This document shows positions 30,260 to 42,730 of a stretch of DNA of 64,000 nt, in pieces. A program made the translations under genes and the position numbers. The notes beneath the pieces were generated by a model. The model saw only the letters and a list, made by a program, of their open reading frames with translations, was not told the DNA's origin and did no database searches. Position 1 is the stretch's first letter. Each line of letters opens with the position of its first letter. Location: the IMG/VR virus record IMGVR_UViG_3300031884_000002, positions 62,001-126,000 of that record; one strand, given 5' to 3'.

Positions 30260-31228
30260 CAAATAGTTATATGTTTTAATGTTAGATATTTTCATGTTTA
30301 ATATATTACTTTCATCTGTATCCAATCGGGTGCCGTATCAAACCAATCTTTATTATTAGTTATCATAATATCTTCTTGATTGTCTCCCCAGTGAATATTA
30401 TTATCTATAATTTTAATTTCAGAAGGAAACTTTAATTTACTATTATATTCCTTAACCAATGGTAAAATGTCAGTAACCCTGTAATAACGAGAATACCACA
30501 AAGCATCGCCGTCACCTCCAGCCGAAGCACATTCATTATATAATAAATCAATGAGTTTCATCAAATGTTCTCGACTACTCATTTTATTTATATCACAATA
30601 ATTTTGTTTAATTTCCATATTTTGTTAAGTCATCATCGAACGTCATATCATATAACAGTTCTTCAAGTTTGTCAATCCTCTTTTTTAGAGGTAATTTCTT
30701 CAATGCTTTTAAATACGATTTCTTATGTTCTGATTTTTGTTTATTTTCACATAAGCCACATTTACCATTATAATGAGCGGTGATTTGCTTACAACTATTA
30801 CAATGTGATTCGTCGTATAACATATAATTTAATCATATATAGTGCTTAGTATATATCTATCTATTTTATCCAATTTTGGAGTTACTTGAAGTTTATGAAA
30901 ATAATTTTGAGTTTTATATTTAGTTGCTTTCTCTCCTTTAATTACCACAAACCCTAAGTTTTTCCATTCATCCCAAGTATGCCAATCTTTAAAATTGGAA
31001 TTATCAGGAGTTGCAATTTTGCCTGTAGTATAATACATATTACTATATCGCAACCTCATATTTGATTGGATTGCTACACTTATAATTTGTGGCTTTACCG
31101 ATATATTTAATTGCATTCATAATTTTATTCTCAATTATACCAAATATCCGACAAACCTCAACTTTTTATATTTTAGCACCATGTCATTTTTTATTTCATT
31201 TGTAATTTCTGAATACTATTTATATAGT

Positions 31229-31930
31229 ATGAGAACAAAAATTATAGGAATTTATAAATTAACATCACCATCAGGAAAAAGTTATATTGGTCAAAGTAGA
31301 GATATTATCATGCGGTTTCGTGGTCATAAATCAGACACGAAAAGAAAACATCAAAAATTATACTATGGTATTAGAAAATATGGATATGAAAATTTTACCA
31401 AAGAAATTTTAGAAGAATGTTCAATGGATGTATTGGATAAAAGAGAAGTTTACTGGATTGATTATTACGACTCCATTAATAATGGTTACAATTGTGATGT
31501 TGGTGGACAAATTCATAAAGCATTTAGTGCGGAACACATAGAAAAAATAAGACAAGCAGCCATAAAGCAAAATGCCGAAGGTAGGGGAGCACCAACTATA
31601 GAATTTTACATTGATGATGTCCTTTACAAATCTATAAGTGATGCTAGTAAAAAATTAGGTATACCTCATAAAACAGTTCATAACAGATTAAATTCTCCAA
31701 ATTTAAAATATGCTAATTATAGATATGCCGATGTAAGTAAAATACCAAATAGGGAACTTCGGGTGTGGCAATCAAAAACAGCAATGGTAAACGGTATAAT
31801 ATATAATTCTGCTTCTGATGCGTCCATAAAAACCGGAATAAATTTTTGCACATTATGCAGATGGCTACGAAATAATACCAATAATTGTTATTATATTGCA
31901 ACCGGAGCAGTTAAAACAGGACCACTTTGA
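31229..31930 (+). CDS. GIY-YIG homing endonuclease with NUMOD1-like repeats
   Basis: GIYKLTSPSGKSYIGQS; start at MRTK after TATTTATA. Confidence 0.9.
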   Translation: MRTKIIGIYKLTSPSGKSYIGQSRDIIMRFRGHKSDTKRKHQKLYYGIRKYGYENFTKEILEECSMDVLDKREVYWIDYYDSINNGYNCDVGGQIHKAFSAEHIEKIRQAAIKQNAEGRGAPTIEFYIDDVLYKSISDASKKLGIPHKTVHNRLNSPNLKYANYRYADVSKIPNRELRVWQSKTAMVNGIIYNSASDASIKTGINFCTLCRWLRNNTNNCYYIATGAVKTGPL

Positions 31931-32760
31931 TAATTGATAAGTTCTGTATCAACATATTCCCAATCAAATATAGAAGTGAATTTCTCGGTTTTTATAGTTG
32001 GCAATTTATAAATAGGGCGAGTTAGCAATTCTCTTACTTGAGTTAAATGATTTGCATATAAATGAACATCCCACAAAAATCCAACTAGTTTACCTTCTTT
32101 TAAGCTGGATTCTTTTGCAAGTAAGTGTAAGAGAAGACCATAGCTGCTTGCGTTTGCGGGAAAACCCAAAAAAGTATCCACCGAACGTTGTGTCCAAGCA
32201 AGATTTAATTCACCATCAATTACAGATAATCTAAATCCATCGTGACACGGCGGCAAACTCATATAGTTTAATGCCAATGGATTCCACGCAGATACAATCA
32301 TTCTTCTATCCATTGGATTTTTCTTTAATGTATCAACAACATTTTGCAACTGGTCAATTCCATTCTCCATGCTCCAATCAGAATGGGGGTCATGAAAATC
32401 CCTCCACTGGGTTCCATATATTAATCCCAAATCATCTTCTGCCGCCATCTTCACTTTGGTTGCGTCATCATTACCATATGGAACTCGGCTCGGGTTGCAC
32501 CATCCATCCCAATAATGACATCCCCTGTCTTGGAGCCATTTTTTACTTCTTAATCCTTTGATGAAGAATTCCAGTTCTACTTTAGTAGATTTGAATGGTA
32601 ATTTCCGACTCGTCAATAAAGGAAACCCCTCAGCCATATCATGCTCGAACATAAACCCCGCAATGGTAAGACAATCAACTCCTGTGCGATTGCCTTTCCA
32701 TTTACCTTCGGTTAGTATCTTATTTAATAATCTAAAATATTCTTTATCTGTATTATTCAT
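31891..32760 (-). CDS. thyA: thymidylate synthase
   Basis: RTG, FPLLT, YGTQWR, DRRMIVSAWNP, LPPCH, QRSVD and HLYANH. Confidence 0.98.
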   Translation of the reverse strand: MNNTDKEYFRLLNKILTEGKWKGNRTGVDCLTIAGFMFEHDMAEGFPLLTSRKLPFKSTKVELEFFIKGLRSKKWLQDRGCHYWDGWCNPSRVPYGNDDATKVKMAAEDDLGLIYGTQWRDFHDPHSDWSMENGIDQLQNVVDTLKKNPMDRRMIVSAWNPLALNYMSLPPCHDGFRLSVIDGELNLAWTQRSVDTFLGFPANASSYGLLLHLLAKESSLKEGKLVGFLWDVHLYANHLTQVRELLTRPIYKLPTIKTEKFTSIFDWEYVDTELINYQSGPVLTAPVAI

Positions 32761-32772
32761 AGTTTTTATTTT

Positions 32773-33249
32773 TTAATGTAATTCTCTTTCATAATATCTT
32801 ATAACTTTAGCATTGTCAAACTCTTTTATTATTTCTTGTTTATTAAATAAATGTTCGAACTCAAACATAAATGTATCTCCTTCATATTCTTTATCTATCA
32901 GAGTAACATAAAACTCTTTAATATCAGGCATACATAACTTATATGTATCTCTGCCACCGGCTACAATAGAATCTTGAGGTATAATATTCAGTTTAGAAGT
33001 AGGAATGTAATGATACATAGTAGAAGTTTCACATATAGCACCGGCACCTTCTTTTATAGAGTTGGATAATACCCATATAGTTCTATTTTTTAGAGCCGGA
33101 AGTTTCTCATATGTTTTTCTTCCAATTACAATAGATTTATTTAAAGTAAACTCTTTAAACCATTTAAAATCTTCTTTTATTGGACTCCATGGTAATTTTC
33201 CATCTTTACCTATACACCGATTTTTAGACATCGCCATTATCGCTAACAT
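32773..33249 (-). CDS. folA: dihydrofolate reductase
   Basis: IGKDGKLPW, DFKWFKEFT, GRKT, L.NR, AGG and GDTF. Confidence 0.96.
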   Translation of the reverse strand: MLAIMAMSKNRCIGKDGKLPWSPIKEDFKWFKEFTLNKSIVIGRKTYEKLPALKNRTIWVLSNSIKEGAGAICETSTMYHYIPTSKLNIIPQDSIVAGGRDTYKLCMPDIKEFYVTLIDKEYEGDTFMFEFEHLFNKQEIIKEFDNAKVIRYYERELH

Positions 33250-34441
33250 AAATTATTTAAAACTTTCTTCTAATCCACTAATTTCATCCGTTGCATAATG
33301 ACTATCTAATTCTTGTAAATAATTATATTTAGGAGTATTATGTATTTCATCAGTTATTTGATTTCTAATATTAACTGCTTCTTTTAAGACGGAATCTATA
33401 AAGTGTTGGTCGGGAGGTTGTCCTATCCAGCAAGTTCTTACATTGCGTCTTCCTAAAATCTGATTTCGAGCACAATAACTCGATGATAAAAACCAATGAA
33501 TATAACCATCATTGGAATTAAAATCTCTATCTATATATGGACTTATATTATAAAACATAACCACTTTATCAGTATGACCGGCATTAACTCCTTGTATATA
33601 TTTCCATGCTTTGGCTAATGCTTCTTTGGCAGTGTAATATTTATTATCATTCATAATTTTTATATTTAGATATATTCATTAAGTGACGTTTTCTGTTCTT
33701 TAGTTAACGGTTTCATTACACAATTTTTTTCGTGGTCTGGTTCTGAACTCTTAATTACATTTTTTCCACACCAGTAACACTCATATTCGGTTACTTTTTG
33801 CGCTTCAATTAGACGTTGTTTTAATTTATCAAGGTTTATAGGCATAAATTATTTTTAGGTGTTAAGTCTATATAAACGTGTTTTTCTTCAGTATAATGTG
33901 AATTATCACACCACCAAATCCAAGGATTATCCATATCTTGGGTCATTTGTTGAAAACACAAAGGACAATATTGTTGATTATCCATTTTTCAAATAGGGAT
34001 AAATTGCTTTTTGCTGTATATCTCCACCGGTTTCTTCGATTGGATAAAATTTATCTTTCTCTAAGGTTATAGTTTGGTCTCTGTCAGTCATTATACCAAG
34101 TTTTCCATTCCGTTCAACTAATTTTATTTCGACTATGCCAACGCTTAATAAGGTATTCCATATTTTTCGTAATTCTTCATCAACTGGCATATAAGGAGGA
34201 GAATACCATAATTCTTCCATATGAGGTTTTTCTATATGATTATCCAATTCATCAAATAATCCCGTATTACTCCGTTTTTTAATACGAGCAGCATCGTCCG
34301 AAGTAAATGGCTCTATAAAAACTAAATCTTTTTTATCTTTAAAGTTAAAATTAGATGAAGTTCCATCAAATAATCCTGTCTTACTCCATTTTTTAATTAA
34401 TCGTATGGATAATTCTTCGTTAGTTTCATTATTATTTTCGT

Positions 34442-34909
34442 TCATAAATGGTTATATTTACATAATTCCGTGCCAGTTCTAAGAAATACAAATTGGTTAT
34501 AAAATGTTGGATATTTATCAAATGAAACATATATACAATAGATATGTTTTCTATTTAAAGTAAAACGTGCATATTTAACACAGTTATCAACAAACTCTTC
34601 ATTGAAGTTAGATTTATCAATAGTATCTATTCTGCCGCACAATTCTCTATTAAAACTAGCCTTAACAACTTGAGGAATATCATTCACTCCCATATAATTA
34701 ACATATCGTCTATGTGTCATATTGTATTTATTAACAATGTCTATAGATGGAAATATTTCCAACGTAGTATCTTTTAAAATTGTGCCGTGATGATTAAATC
34801 CTTTTTCATACCAGTGATACTCGGATGGAATTACAGGATTAGAATAAGTTGATACTACAGTTCCAATTATTCCTAATCCTAACAGTTTCGTAAATGTTCT
34901 TCTATTCAT
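34442..34909 (-). CDS. protein with a twin-arginine-like signal peptide
   Basis: MNRRTFTKLLGLGIIG. Confidence 0.55.
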   Translation of the reverse strand: MNRRTFTKLLGLGIIGTVVSTYSNPVIPSEYHWYEKGFNHHGTILKDTTLEIFPSIDIVNKYNMTHRRYVNYMGVNDIPQVVKASFNRELCGRIDTIDKSNFNEEFVDNCVKYARFTLNRKHIYCIYVSFDKYPTFYNQFVFLRTGTELCKYNHL

Positions 34910-35132
34910 AAAGTTCCGTTCCATGTTCTATCTTCCATTTTAAACATACGTAATAATTCATTAGCATATTTTTTTGCATTTTTAATATCTTTTAATTTCC
35001 ATTTAATTCTATTAAATCTAATTGTGCCGCCTTTTAATATGGAAATATAAGCACCTTCTTGTAAGAATTGTAATTCTTTATTACTCAATTTACTCTTGGA
35101 TATTTGAGCGTCATAATTTTCATTTTCAATTT

Positions 35133-35851
35133 CTAACCGACACCAAAAGTTTTTCCATTCAATCGATATAACATATCCTCTGGTTTCAAATTTTGATTAT
35201 CAAATAATTGACTATAAATTTTATCTCTAAAATGGTCTAATATTTTAGTTTCATTATCTTTTACAATTTTAAATGCTATATGATATGCTTCTGTTTTTAA
35301 TAATTGTCGTTTTAACTTTTTTCTAATGGGAGACATATCAATAAACTCACTCATTCTTGGAGATTTATATTTAAAATCACATTCCTCATTTCCATTGGAA
35401 TATTCTTCTTCAAACTGCCATCCGTTATTTTCAAACTCTTCAATAACTTTAATTTGGGACGGAGTAAATTTAAAACAGTTAAACACAGTTTTCATTATAT
35501 GATATTTTTAATATCTTCAGCCTTTAACGCCGGATTATCAAGTGCTTGTTTATAAAATTTATCTCTATAATATTTCAATATATACTCTTCATTGGAATTA
35601 ACAAAATCAAAAGCAAACGCCCAAGCCTCTCCTTCTAATAACTGATGTGCTCCTTTAAACTGATCTCCATATGACATATATAAAGTTTTAAACTTTTTCA
35701 TTCTTGGAGATTTATATTTAAAATCACATTCCTCATTTCCATTATGATGATTGGTCGAATATTCTTCTTCAAATACCCATCCTCTATCATCGAACTTTTT
35801 TAAAATCTTAAGTTGTTTAGGTGTAAATACAAAGTAATTAAAGTTAATCAT
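35133..35851 (-). repeat. tandem paralogous genes (35133-35495 and 35495-35851) sharing an identical 46-bp block
   Basis: Block at 35351-35396 and 35698-35743 encoding NGNEECDFKYKSPRM. Confidence 0.9.
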
Positions 35852-38065
35852 ATTCTATTTCTCCATTATCTTTTAGTTTAAACGATATTGTATTATGTTT
35901 AGGTTTAAATCCAAGTATTTCTTCTCCGGTCTCCGGGTCAATTCCATATTTAGGCCAATGTTTTTTATATTTATCGGCTTCTTTATTCAATTCTTCATCA
36001 ATATTTAATCCATTAACTTTAGCCCATAAACCTGTCAAAATAAGACCCGATACATCATCACCGTGGCAAAATAATTTAAATCTATTCCGTATATCTTTAC
36101 TCAATGGAGTATCTTGTTCCCACAACGACCAATTATTCCGTAAATACATCCCCATTGTAAAATGAACTCCACTCTGATTTTCTGCTTTAATATATTCAAT
36201 ATCTTTAGTCTCTAATAAACTATATAGATAATCAATGGCTTCATTTAATGTTACCGGAACAAAATCTTCATTTATAGGTTTCATATTTTAAAAATTATCA
36301 GTAGTTTTCCATAAATCTTCAAACTTCAATGGTGGTGTTTTAGATATTATTTCATCATAGTCCTCTTGCGTTATTTTAACAACATTGTCTTGTGAAAATG
36401 ATTTATAATCATTGAAAATACCATATTCCGCCCAAATAGACAATTCGTAAATACATACCGTTCGTTCATCTTTAAGATAAGGTGGTTCATAATCATAATC
36501 TTCCCCATACGAAGACCAACCATGTGCTCCACCCGAAACATAAGTTCCAGTTTTTACATATTTTTTAGATACTACTCTGCCGACCTTATTTAATAATTCC
36601 GGTTCAAGTTTAGTATGAATTGTTCTTTCTCTGCCGCCCCATCCTTTGGCTCTTAATAATAATCGAGCAAATGACATTTCAAGTTCAGATACATCCTTTT
36701 CTTTACCTGTTAAAAAATAACTTTTAACGGTATTAAATCCGGCAGATATTATCAATTCATTTAATAATTTACGTTGTTCTGGTGTAATGTGATTATCTAA
36801 AATATCTTGAGTAGTAAGCGGATATCCAGCCCTAATAAATGTTTCTGGGTTGAGTATTTCTACATAATCACCAACTCTAATAACTTCATTTTTAGGTTTT
36901 TTTACTTTAACCAATTCCCACGGACTTGGACTTTTTTCACATTTACACTTCTTTAAAATCATATCAACAATTGACTTACAACGTCGGCATTTCCATATTT
37001 GATTATTCATAATCTTTGGGTATCATTCCTCTAATTTCGGTTTGAGTTTCGGTTATTCTTCCATCAAACCATCCGTCTTGCCAATGAGAATATTCAGATG
37101 AAAATGGAGTGTATGGATTAACGCTACTATCATAATTATGCCAAGCGGCTTTCCAGCCTTCATTATATATTTCATTTCTAGGTTTCATTTTAGTTTAATC
37201 CAATCCCTTCCATAATTCAGGATCGGGATGTAGTTCTTTACAACGATCAACGAATGCTTTTCGGTTTGGTAAATGACTTTTACCTGCTAATGTAGCAGTC
37301 ACAATTCCAAGTTTAATATCCAAATCAATAATACAATCGGGATTGGTCCATACAAAAAACATATTATTCAACAACCACCAATCACCCACCGTCATCAAAT
37401 CATCAATAAGGTTCCATATCGAATCGAGTTGAGAATCGGTCATTATATTAGATTTCATAATCTCGAATTTATTTCACTACATTTTTTTAAGATTTCAGAT
37501 TTATTATACGTTATATCAGTTTCATTACACATATACCCATGATCGTAATTTGTAGTTGTAAGTTTCATTCCCCGAAATTCTTTAGTTCTGGCTTTTAATC
37601 TATCTGGTCGTTTAATACCATATCTATAATGAATTTTATTATCCGTCCACCATTTTTCTTGTTCTATTCTCCATATTTCCATTTTTACAGGTAAATAATA
37701 TGAATTAGGATGCTGAGTTCCGGCATATCGAACAGTCAGTCCATAGATCCATACTTCATCTCCCAAATTAAATTTAGTTTTCATTTTTTATTTTCGATAG
37801 ATTTTCTTGTTTAATATCTTCTAATTTTCTAAATTGACGAGAATCAAATGCGGTTTCTGTTCCGGTTGGGATATAGATTACAGGACATCCTATAAGTTGT
37901 AATCCCGCATATCCAGTATCAGTGTTATACACCACATTTTTAATTACATACACTGCATTTTCAATAGGAAATCCATCAGGATATGAAAATATAGTTGTAT
38001 CTATATATCCATAATTAGGCAAGTTTTGCCCTGTATTTGCTATACATACTACTTTATCAGATATA

Positions 38066-39178
38066 TTAAACATTCTTATTCCTCAATTCAGTCGATGATA
38101 TCGGCATATTAAAATTAGCCGCTTCATCTGATTTAATCATTAAATGACTGTATCTATCATCAATTTTAATCCCATTACGACCAAATACTAAAAACTTAAC
38201 ATTTTTACGAGTAAAAAAGTATTCTAAATCATCAACTGGAATGCCATATTTATCATCAAACACTCTAATAAACGTATCGGCACCCATTACAAATGTTATT
38301 TCACATTTAGGATTGTGTTTTTTAATTATATTTATTTTATCTATAACCAAAGAAGCATTAGTAATAATATATGTATTATCAGCAATAGAGTCCAATCTAT
38401 TTTTTATGTCAATTAAATCTATCGTTCCTTTATCTGCGTTTTTAATAGATAATTCAAGTAATACTGGATAATTTAATATTTTTTCAGATAATTCCTTAAT
38501 TTTACGATGCCCTTCGTGATAAGGATTAAAACTTCCTCCAAAAACAGCAATTCTTTCAATGTTGGATATTGATATATTGGAATAATAACCAATCTCTCCT
38601 TTAACTAATGAATATAATTTACCAGCATGTGCTATCTTTAATTCTCCAGTCATGCCCTTATCATCCACATAATTATATTCCCAAATATAATCATCTCCAC
38701 TCATAGAGTCAACAACTTTATTTAACAAATACAATATTCTATCGGATATGTATAAATCTTCTTCTACTCTTGTCATTACACCATACGGAATTGTAATTTT
38801 AAGACATACCGTAAAATAACTGATATGTATGGCAATATTAACTTTATGTAGTCGTCCAACTCGTTCTCCGTCAAAAGCAATAGAACTGGCGGCACCAATA
38901 CCAATAGATTTATCGATATCAATACCGGCAATACGACACTGCTGATATGATGCCAATGCTAATTTACGAGCGGCTAATGGACTGGAATATTCATCTATTT
39001 TAGTTCCTATAAAATTATCAAATATAGTTCTATCATACGGAACAATACATCCAACTATAGTTTTGGATGCTCCGCTAATTTTACAGTAATCCGCAATAAA
39101 TGATTGTCCTCCACCTGATATAGCAACAAATGCCTTGTAAGGAGAGTCGTTAATTTTATTTACAATTCCTTTATCCAT
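38066..39178 (-). CDS. CinA/PncC-like domain fused to a NadD-like nucleotidyltransferase
   Basis: N-terminal SGGG...GASK; C-terminal GGSFNPYHEGH, MGADT and ISSTELR. Confidence 0.7.
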   Translation of the reverse strand: MDKGIVNKINDSPYKAFVAISGGGQSFIADYCKISGASKTIVGCIVPYDRTIFDNFIGTKIDEYSSPLAARKLALASYQQCRIAGIDIDKSIGIGAASSIAFDGERVGRLHKVNIAIHISYFTVCLKITIPYGVMTRVEEDLYISDRILYLLNKVVDSMSGDDYIWEYNYVDDKGMTGELKIAHAGKLYSLVKGEIGYYSNISISNIERIAVFGGSFNPYHEGHRKIKELSEKILNYPVLLELSIKNADKGTIDLIDIKNRLDSIADNTYIITNASLVIDKINIIKKHNPKCEITFVMGADTFIRVFDDKYGIPVDDLEYFFTRKNVKFLVFGRNGIKIDDRYSHLMIKSDEAANFNMPISSTELRNKNV

Positions 39179-39428
39179 AATTTTATAATAAACTTTCGAC
39201 TAATTCTTTTTTAGAGTTGAAAATCTCCGATTCTTTATAAGAATCATTTCCAATTTTATATTCAACACTACAAAGTATTTTTGGTTTATTACTATACTCC
39301 TCTAATTTAGCATTATACATAAATGCTGGATAATAAACAACTACGATTTTTTCTATTTGGGCCGATGATGGTGTATTATTTTTCATATACCATACAAAAT
39401 TGCCAATTTTATATTTTGTTTTCATATA

Positions 39429-40097
39429 TCAATTTAAACTGGTAACTGTATATTCCGGTCTAATACCTTTATTCATATCAACAGACCCATCGGAATTGAG
39501 CCTAACATATCCAATATCATTTTTCATTTTAATGAATTGTTTAATAGCAATCTTCTCTCCCAATGTAGAAGCAGCCGATTGAACCAATTGTCCAATAGTA
39601 ATCTTATCATCCTTGACAAACTTTTGATTCATCAGACAATAATCAGATATATATTTTCCAATTTTACCCTCTATAATTTTATCAATAATATTTCCCGGTT
39701 TATTTTTATTAGTGGAAAATACATCCTGTTTAATATGGTTAATTTCTTCCGGTTTAATTTCATCTTTACTTATAGAAGTAGGAGTAATTGGAGTGGAACA
39801 TATATGCATACAAATGTCCTTGGCTAAATTGACAAATGTTTCATTTTTTGCCACGAAATCAGTTTGACAAGCCAATACAATCATTGCGCCAACTTTGTGA
39901 TTATGAATGTAAGAATATACAATGCCAGCATTGGCTACTCGGTTTGCCATATCAGTAGTATCGGTTTGCTTTTCTTTAATTAGAAAATCTATTGCTTTTT
40001 CTACATCTCCACCGGAGGTTTCCAATGCAACATTGATTTTATTATAAGGAGACATTGTAATGTCTCGGATATGTTTAATTTTTTCTGGTTGTGTCAT
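39429..40097 (-). CDS. tsf: translation elongation factor Ts (short form)
   Basis: UBA-like N-terminus, GIVYSYIH, CQTDFVAKN, KPGNIIDKIIEGK and QKFVKD. Confidence 0.93.
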   Translation of the reverse strand: MTQPEKIKHIRDITMSPYNKINVALETSGGDVEKAIDFLIKEKQTDTTDMANRVANAGIVYSYIHNHKVGAMIVLACQTDFVAKNETFVNLAKDICMHICSTPITPTSISKDEIKPEEINHIKQDVFSTNKNKPGNIIDKIIEGKIGKYISDYCLMNQKFVKDDKITIGQLVQSAASTLGEKIAIKQFIKMKNDIGYVRLNSDGSVDMNKGIRPEYTVTSLN

Positions 40098-40412
40098 AAA
40101 TCGTTAATATTCTGAGTTAATGCCCATTGTATGGAATCTTTGGTATTTAATACCATTCTCCAACCGGTTTTAGTTTTACATAAATGGGTATTCTTAACAA
40201 ATACTGGAGGAAGTATATCAGATTTTTTCTTCAAGTCAAGATATTCCGATTCTAAAAAATTGATATAGGCATTAAACTTTGCTTCTCTGTCTAATTTGGA
40301 TATTTTCTCACAATTTCCATTGGCACATTTAGATTCTGTATCATCTATATCTTTAAACAAAACAGTTCTATTATTACAATGTTCGCATACCAACCATAAT
40401 ATGAATGGTATT

Positions 40413-41255
40413 TTATTTTTCATTTAATTTATATTCCATTTCGACAATTTCATTGACTCGTTTAACTATATCTTTCTTATTAGTTTGATATAGACCAGCC
40501 GATGAAAATGAAGTTAATTCTAAAAGCCAACAGTTGCCATCGGCATCTTCTGCGATATCAATGCAAAATATAGAGTCGGGATAATATCCAACTTTTAATA
40601 TTTCTTTACATTTTTCAGTTGCTTTGGGCGGCACACTTGGAATATAAGTTCGCTTTCCTTGATATTGGTAAGTCGATGCCGCAATTATTTCTCCTCCATT
40701 GTATTTACTACATACTAAACGATATTCCCCTGTAATTTGTTTAGGTGTAGATATAATCATTATATCGTTATCAATTGCACTGCTGGCAATAGAGTTTTCC
40801 CAGAATCTATCAAAATCCTGCATATCTATTAGTTGAGCCTGAAATGTTTTTTCGCCACTATCAGGCCGGATAAAAATCAATGCTTCTTTTCCAAATGTTC
40901 TATAGAAATAGAACTTATCTTCCTTTAAGTTTTTAAGAGTAGTAAACGCATTCGTATCATTGAATAAATGTTTTTGAAAATACGGATAGTATTTACTACA
41001 TAAATAATTATTCCAATTATTATAAGCAATAGGAAAACAACCTCTGGGTAAACGACTCGCTATATTTTTAGTCATTTGAATTGAACCTTGAACTATAACA
41101 CAATCATTCTCTTCAAATCCAGCCGGATTAAAGTCAAAATGATTATGCCGTCCAATGACAAAACAATATCGTCCAGATTCTTTAATAGCAGAAATTAAAT
41201 CATTATAATCTTCGCTATCAGTAAAGTTTTCTATAATATATTTCACTTTTTTCAT
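40413..41255 (-). CDS. ATP-grasp domain protein (R2K/DUF4343-like)
   Basis: FIRPDSGEKTF, EYRL and CIDIA...LLE..FSSAGLY. Confidence 0.75.
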   Translation of the reverse strand: MKKVKYIIENFTDSEDYNDLISAIKESGRYCFVIGRHNHFDFNPAGFEENDCVIVQGSIQMTKNIASRLPRGCFPIAYNNWNNYLCSKYYPYFQKHLFNDTNAFTTLKNLKEDKFYFYRTFGKEALIFIRPDSGEKTFQAQLIDMQDFDRFWENSIASSAIDNDIMIISTPKQITGEYRLVCSKYNGGEIIAASTYQYQGKRTYIPSVPPKATEKCKEILKVGYYPDSIFCIDIAEDADGNCWLLELTSFSSAGLYQTNKKDIVKRVNEIVEMEYKLNEK

Positions 41256-41337
41256 TATTATTAGTGTAATAAAAAATATGATACAAGTCAAGTAAAATTA
41301 TCAATACTTCCTATTTTGTTTTATATTTATATAATAT

Positions 41338-41973
41338 ATGAAAATATGTAAATTATGTCAAGTAAACCAACTCAAATCCAATTTTTACAAAGGACATTTA
41401 AAATGTAAATCTTGTTGTATTAAAACCCAGAAAATATGGGCCAATTCTCATAGAGATTTAACAAGAAAATATTTTAAAAAATTTAAAACAAACAATCCAA
41501 TTAGATATAAAAAACAACAACAAAAATATATAAATAAAAATAGAAAAATATTATCAGAAAAAAGTTGTATATGGAGAAAAAATAATAGACCTCGGTGGAA
41601 TAAATATATAAAACAATATAAAAAAGAAAATATAAATTATAGATTAAGCGAATTATTAAGAAGTAGAATATATAGTGCTCTTAAAGGAATAACAAAATCA
41701 AAGTCAACTATCCAGTTACTTGGTTGTACGTATGATGAATTCAAACATCATTTAGAATCTAAATTTTTAGACGGTATGAATTGGGATAATTATGGTAAAT
41801 GGCATATAGATCATATAAAACCATGTGCTTTGTTTAATTTATCTAAAAAAGAAGAACAATTAAAATGTTTTAATTATAAAAATTTACAACCACTATGGGC
41901 TAAAGATAATTTAAAAAAACATACAAAATATACACCACAAATGTTTAATCATAACCAATATCCATGTTCATAA
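41338..41973 (+). CDS. HNH homing endonuclease
   Basis: MNWDNYGKWHIDHIKPC...NLQPLWAKDNLKK. Confidence 0.88.
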   Translation: MKICKLCQVNQLKSNFYKGHLKCKSCCIKTQKIWANSHRDLTRKYFKKFKTNNPIRYKKQQQKYINKNRKILSEKSCIWRKNNRPRWNKYIKQYKKENINYRLSELLRSRIYSALKGITKSKSTIQLLGCTYDEFKHHLESKFLDGMNWDNYGKWHIDHIKPCALFNLSKKEEQLKCFNYKNLQPLWAKDNLKKHTKYTPQMFNHNQYPCS

Positions 41974-42118
41974 TGGGCAGCATCATTACAAGCATAAATC
42001 CATCCACAACTCCAAGTATCATATCCAACATTCATATTCTTCAGTTTCGTATGTATATGGATTTTCTGTAGAAGTAAGTCCACAACAATATGAGTTATAT
42101 CCATCCTCAAATATAGAA

Positions 42119-42730
42119 TCATCGTTCATTTAATTTCTTTTTTAAATCTTCGACAGTATATAGATGTTTGTCTTGTTTGTCAATCCATTTCACAGATTCA
42201 GTTAAAGTTTTCTCCAACTTTTTACCATCCGTTTTAACTTGCTTATTAGTAAATCCCCAGAATGTTAATTCGTATAATATTTCTGCCACTTGACCTTCCA
42301 GTGACAGATTTTTTACTTTATTTATAATGGGAGTATCAATATATTTATTCCAATCTGCCGGTCCAATTGAAAAAAACTTATTATATTTATCTAAATTACA
42401 ATTATAATGTCCTTGAGGAAGTGGCTCTCCACCCCACGGTTTCAATCCTTTATTTGGTTTCTCATAATTATGATTTAATAGACATACTTCAATATAATTT
42501 TCATAAGTTCCAAATGATTTAGCCGATTTAACGCATATTGACATTTCATCGGGTTTATTATGTTTAAGCGTAAGTAATTCATTAACTACTTTACTATATG
42601 CGGAAGTAATCTGTTTTAGTGTATGTCGGTCACATTTATAAGCATAACTTTTTTCTTTTTTATAAAGATATTCATATACTCCATTTTTTCCATTTAAATG
42701 GACTATTTTAAATAAATCTCTCAGAGTCAT
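42119..42730 (-). CDS. hypothetical protein
   Basis: 203-aa ORF with an ILYELTFWGF motif. Confidence 0.6.
   Translation of the reverse strand: MTLRDLFKIVHLNGKNGVYEYLYKKEKSYAYKCDRHTLKQITSAYSKVVNELLTLKHNKPDEMSICVKSAKSFGTYENYIEVCLLNHNYEKPNKGLKPWGGEPLPQGHYNCNLDKYNKFFSIGPADWNKYIDTPIINKVKNLSLEGQVAEILYELTFWGFTNKQVKTDGKKLEKTLTESVKWIDKQDKHLYTVEDLKKKLNER

Noticed and set aside
33978-34445. KKWSKTGLFD motif (twice) reminiscent of capsid-protein N-termini
   Set aside because: The match is too short and the 155-aa protein has no other capsid features, so it is left as hypothetical.
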